Assembly (NCBI GenBank): GCA_965113315.1 | Contig: OZ220364.1 | Direction: 5' to 3' (one strand) | Source of the DNA: Podarcis vaucheri | Taxonomy: Eukaryota | Length of the DNA stretch: 64,000 bases | Shown here: positions 36,376 to 50,111 of the stretch, one piece after another | Layout: each line of letters starts with the position of its first letter | How positions within the stretch are numbered: position 1 is the stretch's first letter | Program-made: the position numbers and the translations under genes | Notes under the pieces: generated by a model | Told to the model about the DNA's origin: nothing | Seen by the model: only the letters and a program-made list of their open reading frames with translations | The model's database searches: none

Positions 36376-37664
36376 CTATTCAAATGAAAAACCTGTCACT
36401 AGTATTTAACAGTTAAACCTAGGATTTTGCAAGGGCTATAACCTCAGATTCTACTTTACCTTGGAAGACAGCGTTAACCTATAAAGCACACTTACTTGGA
36501 AGCAAGTTCTGCTGAAAACATTTGGGCTTGTTCCTACTTAAGTGTCTGTAGGATTAGAATGTCCACTTAGAGTGTCTGCAGTTAATTTTTGAGTAAACTG
36601 GCAGTGAAGTAATGTTTTTGGATAGGATACTAAGCAGCAACAGATTATTGCCTCTCTCTTCATGCAGCAGTGTTTCTTGCTAGGAAATCATTACATCTCT
36701 GAACACTGCAGAGTTAGAAGCTCTCAGGGAAAGACTTAAATTAAATTGCTCTAATAATTGCTACTTATTAAAAAGAGCAGGAGCACTTACGTTGAAGGAG
36801 AGAACCGGAACACATTTAACACTTGTAATTGGATACTTAGCATGCAGAGACTCCTAGTATAACCAGTGTTCAAATGTGTTAGCTTGAGAATAAGCTACTT
36901 TTGCAGGAGAAAGGGTAAGAGGAAGAAGGGGAAACCTGGGCTGTCAAACAGTAGTTACACTGGCCTTGTGCAGGAGCGGCTGTTCTGTGGCTCTGCAGTT
37001 GTTGTTTGGCTTCAGTTCCCATCACCCCTGCCTATTGACTTATCTAGCTTGGACTGATGGGATTTGGAGTCCAAGCAAGAGTATCTGGAGGGTCACAGGT
37101 TAGTCACTCTGGCGAAGTGTTTCAAACAATGCTAATACAGCATCCTTTGGAGAATGGCATGTTGCAAAACATAAGTGGGATATATCTCACCACTTACGCA
37201 TGTCACGAGGAATGTCAGGGTTGTTAGAGGCGGAATGGTAGCCTGAGATGGTCCCCCTAGCCTCACTGCTACTAATGGGACAAACCACCTGTAAGCTTCC
37301 ACAAGGGGAGAGGTCTGTACAGTTTGGAACTGACAAGCAGGGAATGACTCTCCTCCCCATCCCATCTCCCAGTGGTACGTTGTGGCCTGGGAGAATGGAC
37401 CAGTTAGGTCCAGATGCCCATTCCTTTGGGGAGGAAGGCTCAAGACTTCTGACACTTTATTTGGCTGAGTTAAAACCGTCACCAAGTGGCTAAATCAGCT
37501 GTGATTTCTTCAAGATGGTGCTCAGGTCAAATATTTGAACATATTTACCGTGTTAACCCAAGCTGTAAATATGTTGACCGAAACCGTTAGGGTGTGTGTC
37601 TAACTCATTATTGCTTGCCAGTAAACAATACAGAATGGCTGGTAGTATCTGTTGATGGCTGGGG

Positions 37665-37665
<1 letters not shown>

Positions 37666-37702
<37 letters not shown>
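37666..37702. repeat. (TTA)n microsatellite
   Basis: About 12 units. Confidence 0.95.
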
Positions 37703-40700
37703 GGAGTGAGAGGCTTCCAGAAGAATTATTAAGAATGCAACTTCACTCCAGAGCCTGATGCCACACATGAAATGAGCACAACCCCCCTTAGCCTCTTATC
37801 CTAATTTTCCTCTGATCTTGAAACTATTAACTATTTAAAGGAAAGTAATCTTGTAGCATTTTAAATAGCAAAAATTATTTTTAATACCAAGATAAATTAG
37901 TAAGGAAATCTTGGCATTTCTATGCATTTCTGACAGACTTGCTTGCATCTCATATAGGCATGTCCAGCTTTTCATCTTCTTGCTAGTTTCTGTATAAATA
38001 GTCTGCTGTCAAGTCCTAGACTTAAAGAGTCTGGAAAAGCATGGAACATAACATTTTTGAATAAAATATAATATACCTAGTTTTAGGATTATATGTACTA
38101 GTGAAGGGATCTCAGTTACTCTAACTGCAGCACAATTGAGTATGTGCTTCAAGTTGGTTGGACTACCCAGCTAGATGAATTAATTAACAGAAAAATATCC
38201 ATCTGATAATTTCAGTGCCCCCATGTCAAGCTCCTAAGCTTCAGATTGGGGCAAACGCTCATGTGCTCTGTAACCCTAGCTTTGAGCCATGGCTTTCTAA
38301 GCAATGGCCCTGACCGATATTACAGAATTACGAGCAGCTTTGAAGGGAAATTTGTGCACACAGTAATGCACTTGGAATGGGTGGTATTCAGCAACTTCCA
38401 CTTGCTCAATGGGACTTTCCCCACTGCCTTCCACCAGATGTGCTCTAGAGGGAAAGGTCATTTCTCTGGAAGGAAGGTCCATCAGGTGGATTGTAGCGCC
38501 ACAAACGCCAGAAATGCACTCAGAGTTGCAAGTAGTAGGTGTGCCATAGTCCTCCTCAAGCTCAGAGAAGAAAATGCACAGAGGACAAGCCGCTACAAAC
38601 TGCTTCTTCAAGAAAATAACAGGAGAGTGCATATAAATGGTCTTAACAGAAAATATTGGAGGAACATATTGGAAGAATGCAAGCAAGATAATTGAAGCAA
38701 ACACAGAGAAACCCTTCCATGGAATGGATTAGGTAGCCACTCGGAAGCATATAGATAGGGAGAGGAGGCTGTGATGGAACTTCATCTCAGAGAAGTGCCC
38801 TTCAGGTAAGGAACCAATGTTACCTTCTCCATGTGAAAGATGCAAAACCTTTTGGGGGGGTTGAGGAAAAGCGGTGGACTACAAAAGGATCTGACAGAGC
38901 AGGTCCCTTCAGAAAACAGTGTAGAAAAGGATGAGAACCAGTGGAGGAGGATGTTTAGGTGGACAGGACTGAAGAAATGGCACAAACCAAAGTGACCTGA
39001 GGAGGTGAACTTTGGCATGGAGGAGAGACGGACTGCAGCGGCTGGGGAAGGCAGACATTGGCAGCCGGGGACCACAAAAAATAAACAGCAGGGTTGGGAG
39101 AGCAAGCAGCTGTGGCCAAGGAGAGCAAGTGGCTGTGGCCAGGGAGAATGAACAAGTGGCTGAGGCCAGGAAGCTGTGGCTGGAAAGGGAAATTGGCAGT
39201 AGCCAGGTGAATAGATGGCAGCGACTGGAGGGGAAAAAGGGAAAAGAAAAGAAAAATCTACTGGAAAAGAGAGGGAAGCAGGAGGAAAACGAGACAGAAG
39301 AATCAAAGGACAGAAAACGGGGAGGAAACGACGGAAGATGAAGGTTAGTAAAGACATATGGAAAGTCATGGAGGTGAAGCTAGGAAAGATGACAGCTTCA
39401 GATGTTAGGTAGGAAATAGACTAAGATTGAGGAGGGCTAAGCCACACCTACTTCGTGTAACTTCAGATAACCGGGGGTGTGATGGACCTTCATGCTCTTT
39501 TTAGATGCTTTAAACTGGGCCAGGCTGGAAAGAAGTGCTGTTCTGTGCACTTGCAAATTCCAGAAACCTGGGTCTTATTTCCTTTTCCAAGAGACCCATT
39601 TATTGCAATGGGATGCAAAGAGTGATGCCACTAAGGGGGTCATTATTGCTTTGCATTATTTGCCAGGGGCAAACGCTATGAGCGGAGCATCTAGCAGCAT
39701 ATTAAGCCCCTTCCTCAGTGCTGTAGTTCCCAAGATAACTCATCCGTAGCTTACTATTCAAACGCTATATTTTTCATCTCCTTAACTCAGATCTTTTGAC
39801 AAAGGAATTTAATGTCATTTAGCTTCGGTGGCCCACACTGGTCACATGTCCTAGTTAAGCTAGGGCTTAAAAGCTTCACTGTGATTAATGGGTTGTACCT
39901 AGTGGTTGCACAAATGGAAAGCAGCTTTTTTCAGCCTGAGGGCCATAATCCCTTCTGTGGGAGCAACATACCAATGGTGGGAGGAGCCAGGGGCAAAAGT
40001 GGGTGGTGCAATGAATGCAGAAGCACAGTTCAAGGAGACATCCAGTGAAGGGTGGGACCTGGGGGAAGGTTGTGGTATGAGTTTTCCAAGGGTCCCAGGC
40101 CTAAACAATACATGGTTTGCCTGAATTATTCCATGCAAAACTATTTGTCACTAAATGCCTGGGGTAGATACCATAATATTTCAGTGCATTTATAACTGAC
40201 AGGTAAAGCAGTTATTTGACTAAAACATTTAACTGTTTAATAGCTAACCAATTTAAGCTACCTTATGCGGAGGACAACCCTCTGAACTTCTTTATCCCTT
40301 TAAACAGTGGCCAAATTGAGTTATCGGCTCCTTGCAGGAGCCAAGAAACCCAGACTCAGCTCTTTAGGCTCATTATCCCTGGTGACCGCAGGTCACGGCT
40401 CCACAGAGGAAACAAAGTCTCTTGTGACAATCCAGGATAGTTAGCACGGTTCTAACATGCTCGCACGGTGCCGTCTCAAGGTAACAATTCCAGCGTAAGA
40501 CTCACTGAAACTTTATAGTGCAAGCAAGCTTTTGGTTGTCATGAGTCATTTCATTGCCTAATTGTAGAGAGCTAAGATAGCCCTCTGCCTGATCCAGGGC
40601 TTAATGCACTGACATGTCAAATGCCACCTGGAATGTGAATTTTGAACTCCTGTAGGCCTTAAAACATTAGCACAGGGTTTAGAAAATGCTTACTTTCAAC

Positions 40701-42005
40701 GGAGCACTGTGGCAACACATTATTTTTGTGGTACAGTCGAAGTCAGAGGCTGCCAGTGTGGCACTAGTGGGCCCCACTGTACCTGCCAACACCTCCTATG
40801 GGTCCCCCAAAGTTCTCAGTAAACATTCCCTCAAAAATCCACAATGCATGAAAGACTGTTTGCTCTTCCCGCTCAGTTCCTATTCACACCAAATCAGCCT
40901 GTCCTATATTTAAACACCACCCCCTTAAGCATGCTCACATTTCACCCAGTTCCAAGATTGGACACCCCATCTCTCTTTGATTCTGAACAGAGGACTGGCT
41001 CATTCTGTGAGTGAGGTGGCTGATATAGCAGCCACTGATGGGAGAGATGGAGCAGGGGGCATCCCTGCAACATTTTGTGGTCCAAACTTGTTATGCCCTT
41101 TTTGATGCAACTGCCACTTGGTGTTATGCCACATTCCCACAGCGATCTTGTTGCAACTAGTACCCATGTCGCTTTCTAAAAATTCCAAATGTGCCCACTG
41201 GTCCAAAAGGTTGGCGCCCCCTGACACAAGTGCTGGAGACAAAGCCATTGGCAGCATATTATATTGCTGTGACTCCTTGTTAGGGTTTATTCAGTCTTGC
41301 CATAAAATAAATGCATTGATATAAATGAAAATATCGCCACTGACCGTGTTCCAGTGTATCCAAATTTCCTGACAGGTGCCAGGTCAGGATTTGCACAACA
41401 TGTTTAAGGTGGCAATTCTCCCCATCCCCTTTTGATTTTAAGTGTGTGCCTAAGATCAACACACACAGCCAGCTTCTCTGGAAGTGCTTGAAGGGAAATG
41501 TGCTTTTGTGCTAGAAGACTTGGGAACAAGGTTCTTAGAAGAGGAAGGCCACAATCCAATATGAAGTCAGTGGGTGTGCCCCAGACTGCTGGATCGTGGC
41601 TGAAATGCCTTTGGGCTTTTCATTGAGAAGCAGATATCCACAGGCATCCACAGGTATCTAGTATGTGGGTAAACAAATTGACATGTTCTATTGATTAGCC
41701 ATAGTATTAATTAACATATTACAAGTCTGTTGATTATACTGCACAGTTGCTGGCATCTTTCTATGCACTCAGAGGATTATTTTTATATTGTATAACTTAT
41801 GCAATTTATAACAGAGGATTTTATTAGTGTTACTAACCAAATTATTAACCTAATAACAACTGTGTGGTACTTTATGATATCAGTGGAAATAAAGGATTCA
41901 GAACTTCATTACTACACTGAAAAAAACATGGTTATAATGAAGAATTAACCAAATGATTTATGTTTGAGTTTCTTATTTCCTATATGTTGTGCCCTTTTTA
42001 CAATT

Positions 42006-42011
42006 AATAAA
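42006..42011 (+). terminator. Candidate distal poly(A) signal, possibly for ANKRD40
   Basis: AATAAA followed by a GT/T-rich tract; other plus-strand AATAAA at 38060 and 41888. Confidence 0.35.
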
Positions 42012-42157
42012 AGTTTGTTGCTTTTAAAATGGGAGATTTTGGTTTGTTTTTAAATATTTTTCTCTCTCAAAAGGGTGCTTGTTGTAAGCTTTCTATGTCA
42101 TGAGAAATTTGCTGTCCTGGCTGAAAGTTAAAATTCTGAATGAATATTTTGCCTTAG

Positions 42158-42390
42158 CAGGTGTCAGCAAACTTTTTCAGCAGGGGGCCAGTCCACTATC
42201 CCTCAGACCTTGTGGGGGGCCAGACTATATTTTGAAAAAAAATAATAATGAAAGAATTCCTGTGCCCCACAAATAACCCAGAGGTGCATTTTCAATAAAA
42301 GCACACATTCTACTCATTTAAAAACATGGGCCGGATTTTGAAGGCGATTGGGCCGGATCCGGACCCTGGGGCTTAGGCTGCCTACCCATG
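42158..42390. mobile_element. hAT (Charlie-like) MITE
   Basis: CAGGTGTCAGCAAACTTTTT...GGGCCGGAT repeats...GCTGCCTACCCATG; no clean TSD. Confidence 0.55.
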
Positions 42391-42770
42391 CCATAGAGAT
42401 TTTTTTAAAGGGAACTTTGCTCCTGTTCTACATGCCCTGGTAACTTTTTGATCTTACTACTACATGTACTACTGCACATTATGAGGAGCAGCCCTCGGAG
42501 TAAGTCCAGAAATTTCTGGTAGTCCTGTGTCTGGAAGTACAACTTTTGGCCCAGCCAACCAGTAACCAGTCCTACTTCAGAAGTGGTATCAAGATTTTAA
42601 CTTTTAAATAAGGGCTCCACGCACTGGGCCTCAACTGTTTGAAGAGAAGAACCACCCAGCTAAAGCTGCACAAGTCCCCTTCTGTGTGTGCAGGGCCCCA
42701 GGCTGAATGGGAGATGTGGGCTTTTAAAATATATTGGCAGTCTTTTGAGGATTTCCTCATGTACACCGTA

Positions 42771-42776
42771 TTTATT
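42771..42776 (-). terminator. Candidate ABCC3 poly(A) signal
   Basis: First minus-strand AATAAA I found after the stop codon, about 510 nt downstream. Confidence 0.35.
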
Positions 42777-43288
42777 CTGGGGTGGGGAGTCCCACGCATT
42801 TTGCCTGATTTTTAAAACACTGCTGCTGGGGGGTACATTGTTGAAAAGTGGGCTACAGCTTTTGTTTTGTTTTTCTAAAATCAACTTAATCCTGGAAACA
42901 GCACCACAACTCCGCATTTCATGGATTCATTTTACTTAGCAGAAAAAGAATGGACGGATAATGCCAGTGCTTTTGTATCGCTAGCTGTAATTGACTATAT
43001 AAGATAAAAAGAATACAGTTAACTGCTATGCATACACACACTCACATCCATTTTCGGTAAGATGTCAGGTAAAAAAAAATACTTCTGTATGTAGAAAATA
43101 TTTTTAAAAATATAAAAATTAAATTTTCTGGTTCTCATAGGCATATGAAACATTTTGATTCCGTACCACAAAAAAATAAAATAAAAATGCTGTTTTGAAA
43201 AGTACAGTACATTCAGGTATTGCTTGTGGGTTTTTTAAAAAAAGAATCCCAGTAACTAGTCCTTTGGTGAGATATAGCAGCTGTCCTG

Positions 43289-43397
43289 TTATGCCAATCC
43301 AGCATCCTTTGCCATGCCATAGAAAATTCCTTTGGATGCTATAAGACGCGAAGGCGTGTCAAATTCAGCAATTGCTCCTTTTTCTAGAACAAGGACT
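43289..43397 (-). CDS. ABCC3: ABCC3 terminal exon (~31)
   Basis: VLVLEKGAIAEFDTPSRLIASKGIFYGMAKDAGLA*; the DAGLA ending and adjacency to ANKRD40/LUC7L3 favour ABCC3 over ABCC1. Confidence 0.94.
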
Positions 43398-44872
43398 CTG
43401 CAAAACAAGAGGGAAAGTAAAATGTGTTTCTAAACAAGAATTGCTTATCCTACCCAGCAGGGGGAGGGGGCAGGAATGTCTGTTGTCACAAGGTCTACTA
43501 ACTGCAGAATCTGGCAGCTTTTTTAGGTCCTCAAGATTTTATTCCACACACTTAAAAAAACACCACAATCCTAGAGAAAGAGCAAAAATGTGCCAGCTGA
43601 CAGGGGACAAGTACTGAATTTGAATGTGAGAAACCTAAGTTCATGTCCCGTCACTGCCATAAGACTTGCCAAGTCACACCTGGCTTTAGCTCCTCACCTG
43701 GGAAACTGAAATACCCCTAATTGTGTCATGGCACTGTTACGAGGGTGAGCAGAAAAGATGCAAAGCACTCTGCCCATTAGATGTGTTAGAGGTTAACTTT
43801 CATATCAATTGCCGTGCTGCAGCCACAGAATTTTAGTTTCCTCTGTAGTGTCCTCAGAAGACTTTTCTGTGGCTAGAGAAATTAGCTGATTAATGGCTTG
43901 GCTGCAGAGAAAAACACACTTGCTATCGTTTAGAGTGGGTTTCCTATATGGGCATCCCCACTTTTCTGAGTCTGTTGGCTCTTCCTATGCCACCCTCCCT
44001 TTTTGTACCTATTTTGTCCCTCTTTGTGCCATTGAAACCCATTTGATAATGAATTAATTTGATCTGTTATCATAGGGTAAGTGGCTAAATTAGCAATCCC
44101 ACCTTTGCCTCATTCAAGGTCCTTTCTGGGGGGGGGGGGGACAAGTGACCTCTCCCTGCTCTTCCTCCCAGAATGTTCATACTGCTCTTTACAAAGCGCA
44201 GTAGCAACATTACTGATGAGTAAGCACTCCAGCCTGCCACGTGAAACTGTGGTAGAACTCTTTCCAGCCACCAGAGCTATTCTAAGGATGTGAACAGAGT
44301 TCCTCATGACATTTCTATGGACATTGCCTGGAGCATCACAAGAAACCAAGTCCCTCCTTAGGGAGGGTCTCGGAATAGACCAGGAAGTGAAGCACTAGCC
44401 AGTGACCACCTGGCAGGGCAGGGAACCTGTGGCCCCCCCAAATGTTGTTGGACTCCCAGTTGCCAGTGCCAGGTAGCATGACCAATGTCTAGCAACAGCA
44501 GGCTACATCAATGACCTAGGGCTTGGGACAACCATATCATATCTGCCCTAGGAAAAGAAGTGGGTACCAATACATCCTGGTTTTCATGTTCCTACTGGAT
44601 GCCACAAATTAATCTGTAAGGCTGGCAGTGGATATGAATTAACTGATCCTGTATAAAAGAGCCAATTGGTCTTTAAAGATATGTTCCCAAAAAAGGCTGA
44701 AAGGCTTTTAAGCCTTTTTTTATTGATCTGATAGTGGGATTAATTGCAGGCTCTATATTAGGTTCACCTGTTTCCTTGGTTTAAGATGGGCAAATGCAAG
44801 TCAGGAATAGTCATACAGATTATTTTTAGGGTGCCATAAAGATCATAGCTATGCTCTCGTCCTTCATAGTTA

Positions 44873-45082
<210 letters not shown>

Positions 45083-45387
45083 TTAAACTTTTTTTATTTC
45101 TTTATTCCGCCTTTCCTCAAAGAGGTTAGCAACAATAAATTAAAACCATCAAATACTAACAAAAACTGCAAAAGCCTAAAAGCAGCAGAGATTAAAAAAC
45201 ATAAAGAAAGAGCAACCAGCCAAACACTTAAAACAATTTCTAACAAGCTTTAAAGATTTAACAAAAAAACCTTCCTAAAGGAAGGTCTTCATAATGAAAT
45301 GAAAGGCCACTAGAAAGAGGTAGAAAGGTAGCAAGCCATTTTGCTGTAGGTTTCTAGTGTATCCATTTATTGAACCGATTTCAGTTA

Positions 45388-45579
<192 letters not shown>

Positions 45580-45658
45580 TCAGCATACAGATAAAAACAA
45601 CAACCTTGAGCTATTGAGGAACACAGAAATAAATGAGGAAGTATTGCTTGAATAGATA

Positions 45659-46020
45659 AAGGTAAAGGTACCCCTGCCCATACAGGCCAGTCTTGACAGA
45701 CTCTAGGGTTGTGTGCTCATCTCACTCTAGAGGCCGGGAGCCAGCGCTGTCCGCAGACACTTCCGGGTCACGTGGCCAGTGTGACAAAACTGCTCCGGCG
45801 AACCAGCACCAGAGCAGCACACGGAAACGCCGTTTACCTTCCCGCTATAAAGCGGTACCTATTTATCTACTTGCACTTAAGTGTGCTTTCGAATTGCTAG
45901 GTGGGCAGGAGCTGGGACCGAATGACGGGAGCTCACCCCGCCGCAGGGATTCAAACCGCCGACCATGCGATCGGTAAGTCCTAGGCACTGAGGTTTTACC
46001 TACAGCGCCACCTGCCACCC
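45659..46020 (-). mobile_element. Sauria SINE (Squam1), full length
   Basis: tRNA-like head with A/B boxes on the minus strand; (ACCTTT)n tail; exact 13-bp TSD GCTTGAATAGATA at 45646-45658 and 46021-46033. Confidence 0.9.
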
Positions 46021-47760
46021 GCTTGAATAGATACTAACTCACTAATGTGGTTAAAACAATAAATCATTTCTGTGGTCTGAATTACACTAGGAAGTGATGA
46101 TATACCCAGCACGAGGTTTGACTCCCAGTGAGTGCTTTACAGTTGAATGGACACAAGGTGGTCATATAAGCAAGACTTAAACCCCATGGCCTTCTGGGTT
46201 TGTGGCATTCGGGAGTTTGAGTTGCAAGGCGTTCGAGATCCAAGGTACGACTGTAGTTTGTTTAAAGCATGTCAAATCAATTTAAAAAAACAAACAAACC
46301 ACTGTTAAGGTTAACTGGTTTGTCCATTTGGACAAAACAATAAACCAGAGTTAAGCAGAAGTGGAAGCTTCCAGACTCCTCTTCCCAGTTGCACAGTGGG
46401 CAGAGAGAAGTGTGAAAGCCAGGGGCTCACTGCAGCACATTTGGCTCTTTCATTGTAAACCATGGTTTAGCATGATGTGCAAATGTGGCCGTAGTAAAAT
46501 GACACCAGGACACAAAATAAGTTGTATCACATATTAAGAAGGGGAGGATGGAATTCAGCATGAAGCTACAATTTTCAGTGACAGTCATGCTCCTTATAAC
46601 ATATGCTTCCATCTTAAGAAGTGAATTACTTGTGGTCGCTTGCACTAGTGCAGTGGTTGGAAGCCTGTGGCTCATGGGCCTACTTAGGCCTGCAAGACCT
46701 CCCCTACAAGGCTATTTCAGCCAAGCCATGCCCCTGCTCTACACCTGATGCCATATATGATGTTGGGTGTGGGGCAGGTAAAGACTTGCTTCCTGCCCAA
46801 AAGTGGCTTGCAGGCACTGCTGATTAACTGATTGACCATGTTTACCAAGGCACGTGGCTTTGCAAGCAGTGACCAACAGCTGAAGTCAGTGCTTGCATGG
46901 CACTGTGTCTTTGCCTCCTTAGTTTGAAATCGAAGTGCATGTGCAAAGGGCAAATGGGTCCCCTGATGTCACTGTCACATCAGGTGATTGATGGCCCACA
47001 GGATGGGTGGGGATCCAATCTCCCACCCCTACACTAGTGTGCCATAAGAAGCTGCTTTATGGCCTTCATGATGTTATTCTGATGAGTGTCATGACCAGCG
47101 CCATTGTGATGGGATAAAATTCTGTCACGGAGTTACAACTTTCTTTTAAGTTCTCCCCAACCATTTAAAGGAGTGTGGGGAAAAAGACAAAAACAAATAA
47201 AGAATGAAAGTCTATTTTCCAGAAGCAAGGATACACCCAATCCCTCACAATACATGAAGATGAGAATATAGAACCACTGGTGCTAAGCCTGGGCCAGTGA
47301 TACAAAAAACCACCTGCTTACCAGGGATGGAGTATACAGAAAGATATAGCTGTGCTGCCCACCATAAACTTTCAGAACATGAAATATCAGACTAAGAAAA
47401 TAAAACTAAAAGTACTAGGCTACAGCTGTGAAAATATGAAATCTCTTCATTTTCTGAGGGATGTGTATGCCTATGAAACTTAGAGAGCAAGAGAAAGCTT
47501 GCTTGAGTTGAAAATAGACCTTAGCAGGAATTGCTATAATGTTCCATTTTTACAGCTCATTCAAATCCTTCCTCTTGGGTTCCCTGTTTATTCCTGTCCC
47601 GGGGCACAAAAGCAACTATTATAAAGCAAATCGTGTAACTGGTAGCCCTAGATACACAGCCTGACCTACCTTGCAACCGTCTCACTTTACAAAAGCATAA
47701 CAAGCCCAGCTTGTTTGCCATATTAAGTGATATTTAGTGTATCACTCAGGGCATAGGTCA

Positions 47761-47925
<165 letters not shown>

Positions 47926-49669
47926 CTAATTCACGTGTTTGAAAAATTAGTTTCAGTTAAATACCAGAACGTGTTTAGTTATCTTATGATACACCGTTTC
48001 ACTTAAAAAACAAAACAAAAATTACCACTGATCTAGGTGATTTTTTTTTAATTGAATTGAATAGAAGAGAATCAAAACAAAATGCACTATTATACAACTG
48101 AATCTGTTCTAGGGATTTCTGTGAAGAAGTATGCTTATCAGTCAAGAGGATAGTTAGGCCTCTGCCTATTAAAGGACTCTGCAGGGCTCTCTTCCTGCTC
48201 TCTGAGAAAGAGCCTTTTCTTAAGAGTGAAGCACTCTGGGCAAGGTAGCCAGAATAGTGCATATGCCACAAAAGGGAAAAGGGTCCCCCTCTACTCACAG
48301 CTCTTTCTTCACTCTCTGTCCTCTAGCCGCACACTTTCTTGTTTCTCTTTACTGCACTGTGCAAACCTTCTTCAGTTATAGGCATTTTTTGTTTGGCAAT
48401 ATATTTTCAAATAAGCTAATTTTGTATTGGCCTAGTATCAGTGCCTGAATTCCCACTTCCCGCTGCTTTTGGTCACCACCTTTTTTGGGAGGTAGGATAC
48501 ATTAATATTCTTTTTGTAGGATAATCAGCTTCATTTAACCAACATGCTTAAGCCCAAATAATGCTGGAAGGGGTTTAGACCTGTCCTGCCACCTTGGGAG
48601 GCCCTAGGTAATCAAGATCCCCCCCCCTTCAGTCTACCTGAGAAGCTCAATGTGCAGCAACCAGCTCAGACCTCATGGCTCTTACAAGACACGCTTGAGT
48701 TCCCATACCAATAACTTAGGAACTTTGACAACTTTTACTGCCTGTGCAACTTTTTCTGAATGCTGTATAGGAATGCTCATGAATCTGACATTTGGAGCTT
48801 TTGTAAGTAAACTATTCTTAACTTACCAAATGTAAGTCTTTTTCTATGCTATGGGAACAGGTTTGGAAGTTTTAGAACTCACAAGGTCTAACACTCTATA
48901 TTCCATGCTTTACTTTGCTGCATATTTCTGCTGGGGTTCTCTCACCAAAAAGCACTTGCCCCAAACCTGGATCTTGGCATCCAGGAAATTCTCCTTTCTA
49001 TACCTATAGTTTCCCTTGCAAGCAATACTTTTAAAGTTTTGATGTTCTTCTTTCTTTCTGTTACTGACCTAGCCGGTCTTTTTCTTTAATGTAGCCTTAT
49101 ACATTTTCTATTTCTGCACACACATTTTTCATTGCTTAAGCTTCTACAATTTCTTTTCTATTTCAAACAATTACTGTTTGCTGAATGTGAAAACAATAGT
49201 CTTTTGTCCCCTTAAAGACCAATGCATTTATTTTGGCATAAGCTTCCATGCACTAGAGTTCACCTTATCTACGGTTTCTAATTTAAAGTGCCACATTTTC
49301 TGTTCCTATAAGAGGGGCTTTGTTCATTTGCAATCTTTGTTTTTCTTTCTTTCTTGCAAAGTGATGTTCTTCTGCATACCTAGGGAACCCTGAAAATATA
49401 CAGAGGCTCCACCTTGTATCTAGGTGGCTCTGTTTCATTTCCCCACTGGTTGGCGTAGGGCCAGTTAATTTGTTATAGATGATAGGATGCTGGTGGCATG
49501 TGTGAACATTGACAATGAAAGTTGTTGCTGGAGGTGGAAACAGAAGTGGAAATCACAGAGCAGATAGGATTCTGGGGACAGGAAGCTGTCAGTTGAGGAA
49601 AGATGCAATTCAGAAGTTGCTGCTTCTCCAAGCAACACTCAGTGCCTTCTTACAGTGGAGATGGGGTGA

Positions 49670-50010
49670 AAGCTAAAAATGGTAGAACACACACTGCTTT
49701 GCACGTAGAAGGTCCCAAATTCAGTCTCTGGCATTTCCGGGTAAGGCTGGGAAAGGCTCCTGACCAAAATGCTAGAGCCCCCCTACCAATCTGTGTTAGC
49801 AATACAGTGGTACCTCGGGTTAAGTACTTAATTCGTTCTGGAGGTCTGTTCTTAACCTGAAGCTGTTCTTAACCTGAAGCACCACTTTAGCACTATTTCT
49901 GGGTTAGCGGAGTCTGTAACCTGAAGCGTATGTAACCTGAAGCATATGCAACCCAAGGTACCACTGTATTGAGCTTGATGAACTGACCCGGTACCAGGCA
50001 GTTTGCTACA
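49670..50010 (+). mobile_element. Squam2-like SINE interrupted by a MITE
   Basis: GGTAGAAC...CTGCTTTGCACGTAGAAGGTCCCA...GGCTGGGAAAGGCTCC; SINE resumes (TTGAGCTTGATG) after the MITE at 49805-49966. Confidence 0.6.
49805..49966. mobile_element. Same MITE family, opposite orientation, internally deleted
   Basis: TA|CAGTGGTACCTCGGGTT...AACCCAAGGTACCACTG|TA. Confidence 0.88.
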
Positions 50011-50111
50011 GTATGTTCCAATAGATGCACCGAATGAACTGAAAACAAAGTCTGCAAATTCAGGTTACTGCACATATAATTTGATTCTATCCATAGCAAA
50101 TGTGATTGTAC

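Noticed and set aside
39100-39183. Short spaced repeats as a CRISPR-like array
   Set aside because: Vertebrate context, degenerate units with no unique spacers, no cas genes
38246-39412. ORFs of 109-195 aa on both strands as a novel gene
   Set aside because: No recognisable domain or consistent exon structure; strand skew lowers stop-codon frequency
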